Positions 7,969 through 16,382 of a stretch of 35,887 nucleotides of DNA are shown here, piece by piece. The notes below the pieces were generated by a model that saw only the letters and a list, made by a program, of their open reading frames with translations, was not told the DNA's origin and made no database searches. Origin of the DNA: Candidatus Micrarchaeia archaeon (GTDB lineage Archaea > Micrarchaeota > Micrarchaeia > Anstonellales > Bilamarchaeaceae); NCBI GenBank assembly GCA_046538155.1, contig JBKHJL010000007.1:1-35887 (forward strand), read 5' to 3'. How positions within the stretch are numbered: position 1 is the stretch's first letter; every line of letters starts with the position of its first letter. The translations under genes and the position numbers were made by a program.

Positions 7969-9429
7969 TCAGCTGGTCTTGTTTATATCCATCTTTTCCA
8001 GTGTCGGGACAAGAACATCCTGGTAAAAGCCGCAGAGATAAAGATTAAGACGGCGATATTGCTGCTTAACCTGCTCCAGGGCTTTTTTTGCAGGCTCTCC
8101 TAGCTTTACATCCTCTTCCTTTACCCCATGGAGAGTGGCACGGGAAACCACTTCGCCGCTGTAGCCAAGCAATTCAAAATATCCTGGTTCCTCCTGGGAA
8201 GGTCGGAGCACCTTGCTCCTGGTTTTCTGGTCAAGGAATCCACCTACCCGTAGTATGTGCTCGTTTACCGGAGAAGTGGGAGGTACAGCACTTTCCCCGT
8301 CCTCAAGGATAAACTCCCCCCCAAAATATGTGTTCAGGAGTTCCTTATAATTGAGCCCCAGGCGGGGAGGAAGCCCGATTTCAACATAATCAAGCATAAG
8401 GGCGACCTCAGGTATTGAACCATAAAGGGAGATATAAGTGTATTGGGGGTCAGGATGAGAAACAAGAGTTTCCAGGTCAATCCTGTCCCGCAATTTAAGG
8501 GAGATAACTTCTGAGGACGGGCGGGCCGGAGTCAGCATGAGGTCCACAGTTACTCCAAGGTCCCTGAAAAGCCCCTTTATATATTGAACGTCTTTTTTAA
8601 CAAAAAATATGCCCGCGTGCTGGAGAGTGTTGGTCCCCATTGTCCTGAGATTCTTCATTATCTTCTCGCGGGAGATCCCCTTCATTGTTTCAGCATTATG
8701 GATGTTGTCCAGTTCTTTCAGTACTATCGCAACTATATTGCCGGAATTCATGAGCCGGTCGTAGTAAATGCGGCTTCTTTCATCATAGAAATACTTTTCC
8801 CTCTTATAGCACTGTTGATAATCATCATTTATGTTGAAATATTTCCCAACGATAGGGAAAATCCAACGCAGATTTTTTGGGGTTCCGGGCTGGTCAAGGT
8901 ATTTTGGTTTTGTAAGGAGTAACACGGTTTCCAGGGTTTTTTCCGCACACTTCCTTGCTGCAGGAGTTTCCCCAAAAAGAGTGAGGATGTGTTCGGGGAG
9001 AATCTGGCCTGGCTGGTTTTTTGTGCGGTTTGTATCCTCTATTGAATCATGGAGGAGTGCAGCGCATACTGCATAAGCAGGCAAGCCCATTTTTGCCGCG
9101 CGCACAGCTACTGCAAGCGGGTGGGTAATCGTGTGGGTGCCATCATCCCTTCTTTTTCCCTGATAAAGCCTTTCAGAAAATGAGTATGCCTTCTCAATAA
9201 ACTCTTTTGCTCTTGGAGTGTATCCATGGGCATCAAGTATCTTCCTGAGATTGGTTATGGAAAATGAATCGTTGGAAGAAAGAACGGGCTCGGGCATCGG
9301 GCGCTTAAGGAGGCGGGCGCATCCCGGAAGGTACATTTGACGGCCATGTTTCTTTATTTTTGCATTCCTAAAGCTGGGAGATTGAATACGATGCATTGCA
9401 GTGGGTGGATGAGTGTGCCTGCTCTTCAT
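7969..9429 (-). CDS. RelA/SpoT-type HD-domain hydrolase with uncharacterised C-terminal domain
   Basis: IEKAYSFS, KRRDDG..ITHPLAVA, AALLHDSIEDT, LLTK, KELDNIHN; exact start uncertain. Confidence 0.8.
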   Translation of the reverse strand: MKSRHTHPPTAMHRIQSPSFRNAKIKKHGRQMYLPGCARLLKRPMPEPVLSSNDSFSITNLRKILDAHGYTPRAKEFIEKAYSFSERLYQGKRRDDGTHTITHPLAVAVRAAKMGLPAYAVCAALLHDSIEDTNRTKNQPGQILPEHILTLFGETPAARKCAEKTLETVLLLTKPKYLDQPGTPKNLRWIFPIVGKYFNINDDYQQCYKREKYFYDERSRIYYDRLMNSGNIVAIVLKELDNIHNAETMKGISREKIMKNLRTMGTNTLQHAGIFFVKKDVQYIKGLFRDLGVTVDLMLTPARPSSEVISLKLRDRIDLETLVSHPDPQYTYISLYGSIPEVALMLDYVEIGLPPRLGLNYKELLNTYFGGEFILEDGESAVPPTSPVNEHILRVGGFLDQKTRSKVLRPSQEEPGYFELLGYSGEVVSRATLHGVKEEDVKLGEPAKKALEQVKQQYRRLNLYLCGFYQDVLVPTLEKMDINKTS

Positions 9430-9603
9430 TAGTTTATATTATAACGACCGGAAAACTTAAATATAGTAAGGAAAACCAACTTTTGGCCAGAAATTCACAC
9501 ATAACTGGGATTTGGAAAGCAATAGAAACATTTTTAAACACTTTTATTCACAATAAGCATATAAACTATTTTTCAGGAAAGGGAATGGGAAATAGCAATA
9601 CCC

Positions 9604-9650
9604 TTTATAAATATTTAGAAAACAGTTAGATACGGAACTATTTTTGGTGA
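9604..9650 (+). promoter_or_regulatory. TATA box and SD for psmB
   Basis: TTTATAAATA at 9604; GGTGA at 9646-9650, just before ATG 9655. Confidence 0.6.
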
Positions 9651-9654
9651 GTGA

Positions 9655-10281
9655 ATGGAAGAAACAAAGGCAGACCAGGTTAAGAAGACCGGGACAACTA
9701 CCGTGGGGCTTGTTTGCAAAAACGGTGTAGTTCTGGCGAGTGATAAAAGAGCAACAATGGGCTACTACATCGCAAGCAAGGACGTCCAGAAAATAGAGAA
9801 AATAAATGACCGGATTGCCATGACGCTTGCAGGAGGAGTTGGGGACGCCCAGAGCCTGGTAAGGTGGATGAGGGCTGAAATCAAGTTGTATGAACTTAAG
9901 AACCAGAGGGAAATGAGCGTTGAGGCAGCAGCTACCCTTCTTGCAAACATTCTCTCTCAGTATAAATTTTACCCGTTTTTCGTGCAGATACTCATAGGCG
10001 GAGTGGACAAAACCGCGAGAGTATTCAGCGTGGATATGCTTGGGGGGGCAACGGAAGAAAAATACACGGCAACCGGAAGCGGTTCCCCTATAGCGATGGG
10101 GCTTATAGAAGAACTTTACAAACCAGAACTTGAAACAGAAGAAGCAATACGCGTTGCGGTAAAGGCAGTAAACACTGCGATGAAGAGGGACTCTGCAAGC
10201 GGAGAAGGTGTTACCGTAATGCTGATAACAGACAAGGGGGCAGACCTGCTCCCTGAAAAGGAAATTAGGAAATACTGTTGA
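9655..10281 (+). CDS. psmB: Proteasome beta subunit
   Basis: Propeptide ending KTG|TTTVG, DKRAT, GSGS, RDSASG. Confidence 0.97.
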   Translation: MEETKADQVKKTGTTTVGLVCKNGVVLASDKRATMGYYIASKDVQKIEKINDRIAMTLAGGVGDAQSLVRWMRAEIKLYELKNQREMSVEAAATLLANILSQYKFYPFFVQILIGGVDKTARVFSVDMLGGATEEKYTATGSGSPIAMGLIEELYKPELETEEAIRVAVKAVNTAMKRDSASGEGVTVMLITDKGADLLPEKEIRKYC

Positions 10282-10282
10282 A

Positions 10283-10300
10283 TTTTTTTCATTTTTACTT
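10283..10300 (+). terminator. Oligo-T tract (archaeal terminator-like) between psmB and aCPSF1
   Basis: T7 (10283-10289) and T5 (10292-10296) directly after the psmB stop. Confidence 0.45.
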
Positions 10301-10333
10301 ATTCATAAACTGCGGAAGCGGTAGGTGAGAACA

Positions 10334-12232
10334 GTGCATTACAAAGAAATAGAGAAAATTGTGGAAGAAATAATGCCTGCTAAATGTGAGGTTACGAAAG
10401 TGGAGCCGGAAGGGCTTAACATAGTCATATATGTAAAAAACATAAAAGCATTTTATGATAATGACCAGCTGATAAAACAGCTGGCAGGCAGCCTCAGAAA
10501 AAAAGTCAGCGTGAGAGTGGATCCGTCCATGCTCAGCGACCCGGATGAGGCAAAAAAGAAAATAAAGGAAACTGTTTCAGAAGATGCAGGGGTATCAAAC
10601 ATAGTTTTCGTCCCTGAATTCTCAGAAGTTAATATAGAAGCCCTTAAACCTGGACTGGTTATAGGAAAGGGTGGCTCGGTGCTGAAAGAGATAATGATAA
10701 GCACCGGGTGGTCTCCAGTAGTGCTGAGGAGCCCGACCATACCCTCCTCAACCCTCAGGGGGGTGCGGAAAGCAGCAGTTGCAGATGCTGAGGAAAGAAA
10801 AAAATTCCTGGTTTCTGTTGGAAAAAAGATATGTCAGCCCCCTCCACAGAGCGACTGGGTGAGGGCGGTGCTGCTTGGGGCATCCCGGGAAGTTGGACGG
10901 TCATGTGTGCTTATCCAGACTCCAAACAGCAAAGTTCTCATTGATGTGGGGATAAACCCGGTTACCGGAGAGCCGAGCAAGGCATACCCCTACCTGAACA
11001 TGCTGGGATTCCCTCTGGAAGACCTGGACGCAGTGCTGGTAACGCATGGGCACATGGATCACATGGGATTCATTCCCTATCTTTACGCATACGGTTATGA
11101 TGGGCCAGTTTACTGTACCCCCCCTACAAGGGACCTGATGGGGCTGCTCCAGAGAGATTACCTAAACCTGGCAAAGAAAACGCTGGGGATAGAGCCACCC
11201 TACACCAAAAAAGACATACAGTCAGAGCTTAGGAGAGTAATCCCTGTGGAATACGGGGAAGTGGTGGACATAACTCCTGAGATAAAAATGACCATGTACA
11301 ATGCAGGCCACATAATAGGGAGCGCGATGATTCACCTGCACATAGGTGAAGGCCTGCATAACTTCGTCCACACCGGAGACATGAAATTCGGCTATACAAA
11401 ACTGTTTGGCCCGGCAAATACAAACTTCCCGAGGGTGGAAACCCTGTTTATTGAAAGTACTTACGGGGGCAGAAATGATATCACCCCCAACCGCAGGCAG
11501 ATGGAAGACAAGCTGGTAAACATAATCAAGGAAACCGCCAAAAGAGGGGGAAAAACCCTCATTCCTGTATTTGCCGTGGGAAGGAGCCAGGAAATAATGC
11601 TGGCGCTTGAGGATTATTACAGAAGGGAAAACAGCGGATTTGACCTTCCAGTATACATAGACGGGATGGTGCTGGAGGCTTCGGCAATCCACACTGCGTA
11701 CCCTGAATACCTCAGAGACAACGTGGAGAGGAGAATACTCTCAAACAACAGCCCATTTGAATCCCCCATGATAAAAGTGGCAAAAGGAACAGACAAGAAA
11801 GAGATAACTGACGGGGAACCGTGTGTGATTCTCGCACCTTCAGGAATGCTTACCGGGGGGCCTTCAGTGGAATACCTAAACCTCATGGCAGGGGATGAAA
11901 AAAACACTCTTGTTTTCGTAGGATACCAGAGCCCGCTTTCCCTGGGTCACAAGATACAAAAGGGAATGAAGGAAATTCCATTAACCGGGGAGGATGGAAG
12001 AACCCAGATAATGAACATAAACATGCAGGTGGAAACAGTTGAAGGGTTTTCCGGACATAGCGACAGGCACCAGCTGATGGCCTTCATGAAAAACATCAGG
12101 CCCACTCCTGAGCGCATATTCACGGTGCACGGAGACTGGGGAAAAACAGAAGACCTTGCAAAGGGAATCGGCTCCATGCTCAAGAGGGAAAGCAGGGCCC
12201 CGCTTAACCTTGAGGCAATCAGAATGAAATAA
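10334..12232 (+). CDS. fttA: Beta-CASP ribonuclease aCPSF1 / transcription termination factor FttA
   Basis: KH domain (PGLVIGKGG), EVGRSC, THGHMDH, AGHIIGS, ESTYGG, GFSGHSD; AGGTGA SD before GTG 10334; familiar psmB synteny. Confidence 0.96.
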   Translation: MHYKEIEKIVEEIMPAKCEVTKVEPEGLNIVIYVKNIKAFYDNDQLIKQLAGSLRKKVSVRVDPSMLSDPDEAKKKIKETVSEDAGVSNIVFVPEFSEVNIEALKPGLVIGKGGSVLKEIMISTGWSPVVLRSPTIPSSTLRGVRKAAVADAEERKKFLVSVGKKICQPPPQSDWVRAVLLGASREVGRSCVLIQTPNSKVLIDVGINPVTGEPSKAYPYLNMLGFPLEDLDAVLVTHGHMDHMGFIPYLYAYGYDGPVYCTPPTRDLMGLLQRDYLNLAKKTLGIEPPYTKKDIQSELRRVIPVEYGEVVDITPEIKMTMYNAGHIIGSAMIHLHIGEGLHNFVHTGDMKFGYTKLFGPANTNFPRVETLFIESTYGGRNDITPNRRQMEDKLVNIIKETAKRGGKTLIPVFAVGRSQEIMLALEDYYRRENSGFDLPVYIDGMVLEASAIHTAYPEYLRDNVERRILSNNSPFESPMIKVAKGTDKKEITDGEPCVILAPSGMLTGGPSVEYLNLMAGDEKNTLVFVGYQSPLSLGHKIQKGMKEIPLTGEDGRTQIMNINMQVETVEGFSGHSDRHQLMAFMKNIRPTPERIFTVHGDWGKTEDLAKGIGSMLKRESRAPLNLEAIRMK

Positions 12233-12233
12233 A

Positions 12234-12758
12234 CTATTCCTTATCCTTCAGGAGAAGGGAATTCAACAATGGTATAAAGTAAAAACTGAAAGCGAAGCCT
12301 GCAATAACTCCGGTTATTGTGCGCAGCTCATTTGTGCTTTCCCTTAACCCTATAAACTGTGTTCCGCCATCCAAAGCAATTGGGATAAGGGCAACCATGA
12401 AATAGAGGGGATTGGGAGACTTTTTGGAATCTCTCCACCGGGTGTAATAGACTGCAATTCCCCCTGCAAATGCAGCAAGATAAAGGGGGAGGTCCCGTGC
12501 GCATACCGGGAACTTATATGCGGTCCCTTCCGGGGACTCAAGAATTGGGGTCTTGGAATAAACATCAGGGCAATCTGAGATGGATGCTGCACCAGGGTAA
12601 TAACAATAAGAGCGGGCGGCCAGCTGGTGGCAGGTCATAGAAAAAAAGGAATTCATTACCTCGCCCGCGGGTGGGAATGAAATCAAAAGAAAGGGAGTAA
12701 CCAGGATAAGTATATTGAGAACTGCCATGAAAAGCATGAAAAGATAGTAAGGTTTCAT
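12234..12758 (-). CDS. DUF2085-family membrane protein
   Basis: TM helices with CHQ..RS, FPVCARD and DGGTQ..GLRESTNELR motifs. Confidence 0.85.
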   Translation of the reverse strand: MKPYYLFMLFMAVLNILILVTPFLLISFPPAGEVMNSFFSMTCHQLAARSYCYYPGAASISDCPDVYSKTPILESPEGTAYKFPVCARDLPLYLAAFAGGIAVYYTRWRDSKKSPNPLYFMVALIPIALDGGTQFIGLRESTNELRTITGVIAGFAFSFYFIPLLNSLLLKDKE

Positions 12759-13243
12759 AGCTCCTCAACCCTCCTTCCTGTCTGCCGTTCAAACTCCTCT
12801 TTTTCCCATGGATAAACAATCCAGGAACTGGTTTCTGCATAAAAATAGTCCGGCCGGAAACATGAACCCGGCTTGAAATGGAGTGTTGCTGTTTTCAGGG
12901 AAGCGGAGGAAGACTGCTTTAAGTACCTCTCAGCGAGCTCCAGGCTCTTCCCGCTGTCTGAAATATCGTCCACCAGGAGTATGCTCTTGCCCGAAACATC
13001 AACAGAGAGGGGCTGGGTGACCTTTGGCTCCTCCATCCTTACCCCTACGCTGGAATAAAAAGAAATCCTGATTGTATAAAGTATGGGCACATTCAGAATG
13101 TCGGAAAAAAGGCGGGACGGAACAAGCCCCCCGCGGCTTATTCCCACAAGGATGTCCGGGCGAAAGCCGGAATCTTTTATCTTTTGCGAGATGCTGTAAA
13201 CTGCTTCCTCTGCTTCCTGCCAAGAGAAGGGGACATACTCCAT
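12755..13243 (-). CDS. Type I phosphoribosyltransferase (purine salvage, HGXPRT-like)
   Basis: GISRGGLVP, LLVDDISDSGKSL PRPP loop, WIVYPWE. Confidence 0.9.
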   Translation of the reverse strand: MEYVPFSWQEAEEAVYSISQKIKDSGFRPDILVGISRGGLVPSRLFSDILNVPILYTIRISFYSSVGVRMEEPKVTQPLSVDVSGKSILLVDDISDSGKSLELAERYLKQSSSASLKTATLHFKPGSCFRPDYFYAETSSWIVYPWEKEEFERQTGRRVEEL

Positions 13244-13271
13244 GGAACCACTTTAGCCCAGAACATTTTAA

Positions 13272-14156
13272 TTACATCAGGGAACGGATTTTCCCTGCAA
13301 TCTCCTCCCCAATCCTGATCTGGGCCTCAGATGTTGAAGCGCCCAGGTGGGGCGTAAAAAACACATTTTCCAGTTCCAGCAGTTTCCCCTTGTAGGGCTC
13401 CTCCCGGAAAACATCAAGAGCGGCTGCGCCAACCTTTCCGGAGCTGCAGGCATCATAAAGCGCATCCTCGTTTATTACCGGGCCCCTGGAAGTATTGATT
13501 ACTATTGCCCCCTCCTTCATTTTGGAAAATGCATCAGCATTTAGCAGGTTCTCGGTAGAGGGATTCAGGGGCACATGGAGAGAGATTATGTCTGCCTCCC
13601 GAAAAAGCTCATCCAGGCTCCCGACATAAGTAATTACGGTGGATTCGTGGCGTGGGGGAGGATTAAAGCCGAGGACCTTCATGCCAAGGGCGGATGCTTT
13701 TTCAGCGAGCAGGGAACCTATACGGCCGCACCCTATCAGCCCCAGGGTTTTTCCCCTTACTTCATGCCCCGCAAGGGCCTTCTTCTCCCATCTGCCCTGC
13801 TTCATAGTGAGGTGAGCCTTTTGTACATTACGGGAAGTAGATAAGATTAGGGTAAGTGCAAGCTCGGCAACAGCGTTTGTGGATGCACCAGGAGTATTGA
13901 CAACTTCAACCCCCCGCTCCCTGCAGGCCTCCTGGTCTATATTGTCCAAGCCCACGCCTCCGCGTATTACTGCCTTGAGATTTGGGGCTTTGGAGATGAG
14001 ACCCTCCGTAACTTTTGTTGCGCTGCGGACTACAAGGACTTCGGCATCAGAAACTGCATCTTCTAGGGAATCCGGTTTGTAGATTACTTCTGCACCGGTT
14101 TCCTTTACCTTCTCAAGTGCACCTGGGTTCATGTTGTCGGAAACAACCACTTTCAT
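13272..14156 (-). CDS. serA: D-3-phosphoglycerate dehydrogenase (short form without ACT domain)
   Basis: VRSATKV, GVGLDNID, GCGRIG, NTSRG, LDVF..EP, TPHLGAST; operon context. Confidence 0.85.
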   Translation of the reverse strand: MKVVVSDNMNPGALEKVKETGAEVIYKPDSLEDAVSDAEVLVVRSATKVTEGLISKAPNLKAVIRGGVGLDNIDQEACRERGVEVVNTPGASTNAVAELALTLILSTSRNVQKAHLTMKQGRWEKKALAGHEVRGKTLGLIGCGRIGSLLAEKASALGMKVLGFNPPPRHESTVITYVGSLDELFREADIISLHVPLNPSTENLLNADAFSKMKEGAIVINTSRGPVINEDALYDACSSGKVGAAALDVFREEPYKGKLLELENVFFTPHLGASTSEAQIRIGEEIAGKIRSLM

Positions 14157-14165
14157 GCAAACACC

Positions 14166-15227
14166 TCATTTTAGAAACTCTTCAAGCATATCTATGCAAA
14201 TGTCAAGATTTTCCTTTCTGAACTGACCCATATGTGCAATGCGAAGACCTTTTCCCTTCAGCTCGCCCTTGCATCCAACAATAGTTATGTCGCGCTCCTC
14301 GCGCATCCTCTTTTTTATTAAATCCGCATTATCGCAGTAGAATGCAGTGAGGGCGGGGGACTCGTAGCCCGGTTCAGGAATCAGCTTCAGCCCCAGGGAG
14401 ATTACGCGGGAGCGCACATGGGATGAAATTGAATTGTGCTTCTCGTGCCAGGCGGGCATTCCCCCCTGCTGGTCTATAAGGTCAAAGGCCTTGCGCATAG
14501 AGCGGAAAAGGCTTATTGCAGGAGTATTGGGGGTCTGCTGGTTCTTGAGATACCTCTTGCGGTGCTTTCGCAAGTCGCAGTAAATTGAAGGTATCCTGTT
14601 CCTGGATTCTATGCGCTCTATCGCGGATTGGCTGAGGCCTATTATGCCCATCCCGGGCGGGCATCCGAGGGCCTTCTGGGAAGCAGAGCCGAAGAAATCA
14701 ACCTGATATTCGGACTGGTTGAAGGGGAGCGCTGGCCAGGCGGAAACAGAATCTACTATGGTGAACATTCCTTTGGATTTTGCATACCGGAAAATCTCCT
14801 TTGCGTGGTTTGCAATACCGTACCCTGTCTCATTGTAAACCATGGCAAAAACCTGGGCTCCGGAACTGTCTATGAGCTCTTTGGCGCGTTCAAGATTCCA
14901 GCCCTTCCCTGCAGGGAGGGAGTGCTTTTCCACGTTTGTATACACTTCTCCGATTTCCGCAAGGCGGTCTCCGAACTCCCCGTTTGAAAGACAGAGCATC
15001 TTCTCCTCAGGGAGGCAGCAGTTCAGGACATTGGTCTCGTTTGCAAGCGTGCCTGAACCTGTTATGAGGTAGGCTTCTTCGGAATTGAGATAGGCTTTAA
15101 GCCTTTTGCAAATATCTCCATAGAGCTCAGTGAATTCCTGGCTGCGGTGGGTAATCATCGGCTTTGCCTGCGCAAGCAGGATTTCCTCGGGCACATAAAC
15201 GGGTCCGGGGCTCAGCAAAATACTCAT
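14166..15227 (-). CDS. Class V PLP aminotransferase (serine-pyruvate / archaeal phosphoserine aminotransferase-like)
   Basis: PGPV, HRS, GSGT, NETG, DSVSA, SQKALGCPPG (PLP Lys), TPNTP, RIAHMG. Confidence 0.88.
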   Translation of the reverse strand: MSILLSPGPVYVPEEILLAQAKPMITHRSQEFTELYGDICKRLKAYLNSEEAYLITGSGTLANETNVLNCCLPEEKMLCLSNGEFGDRLAEIGEVYTNVEKHSLPAGKGWNLERAKELIDSSGAQVFAMVYNETGYGIANHAKEIFRYAKSKGMFTIVDSVSAWPALPFNQSEYQVDFFGSASQKALGCPPGMGIIGLSQSAIERIESRNRIPSIYCDLRKHRKRYLKNQQTPNTPAISLFRSMRKAFDLIDQQGGMPAWHEKHNSISSHVRSRVISLGLKLIPEPGYESPALTAFYCDNADLIKKRMREERDITIVGCKGELKGKGLRIAHMGQFRKENLDICIDMLEEFLK

Positions 15228-15247
15228 TTTAGCACCTTTTTGGAAGT

Positions 15248-16054
15248 TTAGTAGATTACTATTACAGGTTCTGGATAACGGCGCACGTTCCCAGAATATA
15301 CACGGTGGCTCAGCATCTCCTCCAAAAGAGAATACGCTGTTTCCTTTTCCTCAAGAAGCCAGCCCAGGCGCATATTGAGCCGAATTATCCTTTCCGGGAT
15401 TGTGTGGCGGGTGGACTTGGGCGGAAAGGGCCTACGGACAAGGGCCTCTTTTACGACCTCGTCTTTCGTGTATGGGCGGCGGAAAAGCACTGTGCGGCCA
15501 AGGCCGAGATGCTCATCAATAAGGTCATCCGCATAATATTCAAATGGAACATGGGAAAGTGAGGAAACAAGGCTGTTCTGTTTTTCAGTCATTGAAATTA
15601 CATCATATGATCCGGGAGAAATCAGACGGCATTGCTTTTCATCTCCCTCCCCGGAAACCATCATGAAAATAGCTTCAAGTGAATCTACCGCTTTTTTTCC
15701 TGTTTCAAAATCAACCGGCTCGGTTTTTTCGCCAAGCGCTTCAAAATCATTGTAAGTAATGTGGTTCTCGCAGACGGGGAGCCAGGTTCCCAGCCCAATC
15801 CTCTCATTCTTCCTGTAATCAACCGGCTGGACAACCGCATTTGGTATCTCTATATTCTTCAGGACCGCATAGCGGTGATTTCCGTCCAGAACCACCCCTG
15901 TTTCCCTGTCCACGATAAGGGGGTCAACAAGGTGGCCGAGATTAAACATGGCCTCCTGGAGGCGCTTGAGATTGCGGGGAATTGTCTGCTCATGCGGATA
16001 AAGGGAACTTACTTCCCTCACCTCCAGCTTTGACATCATGTCCCTTAGGAGCAT
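15248..16054 (-). CDS. serK: SerK-family free serine kinase (ParB/Srx fold)
   Basis: PHEQ, LDGNHR, DY...TW.P, TKDEVV, FPPKSTRH follow the Thermococcus SerK pattern; adjacent to aminotransferase and serA. Confidence 0.8.
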   Translation of the reverse strand: MLLRDMMSKLEVREVSSLYPHEQTIPRNLKRLQEAMFNLGHLVDPLIVDRETGVVLDGNHRYAVLKNIEIPNAVVQPVDYRKNERIGLGTWLPVCENHITYNDFEALGEKTEPVDFETGKKAVDSLEAIFMMVSGEGDEKQCRLISPGSYDVISMTEKQNSLVSSLSHVPFEYYADDLIDEHLGLGRTVLFRRPYTKDEVVKEALVRRPFPPKSTRHTIPERIIRLNMRLGWLLEEKETAYSLLEEMLSHRVYSGNVRRYPEPVIVIY

Positions 16055-16217
16055 AAGAAAACCAAGTTGTTTGCGCCGGGAATGTTTAAAATGGAGATGG
16101 TGGGAAAAACAAAAAGGTATTTAAAAACAAGGAGGGGATAAATAGAAACCCTCGGGAGGATTCTGCGGGGCTTTTTGTTCCGCTTTTGCTCTGGAGTGAA
16201 ACTCGCATAAAAAGCGA

Positions 16218-16324
16218 GGGCCCGTAGCGCAGTCTGGATAGCGCGGCACCCTCCTAAGGTGAAGGTCGAGGGTTCAAATGCAGGGTAATGCCTGTTTATT
16301 CTGCTGAAAATCCCTCCGGGCCCG
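16218..16324 (+). tRNA. tRNA-Arg(CCU) with 32-nt intron at position 59/60
   Basis: Acceptor GGGCCCG/CGGGCCC, D stem GCGC/GCGC, anticodon CCT at 16253-16255, T stem GAGGG/CCCTC; CCA not encoded. Confidence 0.93.
16279..16310 (+). other. Archaeal tRNA intron in the T-loop with canonical bulge-helix-bulge motif
   Basis: TTCA/TGAA 4-bp helix flanked by two AAT bulges; inner stem GCAGGGTAA/TTATTCTGC; excision restores the TTCAAAT loop. Confidence 0.9.
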
Positions 16325-16382
16325 TTCATAACTCACAGTGCGGGTGATGGCCCGGCCAGGAACTGTAATTCCGGGGATAGAC

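Noticed and set aside
9430..9654. AT-rich 225-bp spacer as a replication origin or small ORF (9396-9629)
   Set aside because: No ORB-like repeats or cdc6 gene nearby; explained by divergent promoters
15248..16054. ParB partition protein or mobile-element marker
   Set aside because: No HTH or parA; the C-terminal motifs and gene context fit SerK
16342..16382. GGTGATGG...GCC resembling a fluoride riboswitch, or a tRNA-Tyr anticodon fragment
   Set aside because: The downstream pseudoknot motif is absent and no proper 7-nt anticodon loop or cloverleaf forms
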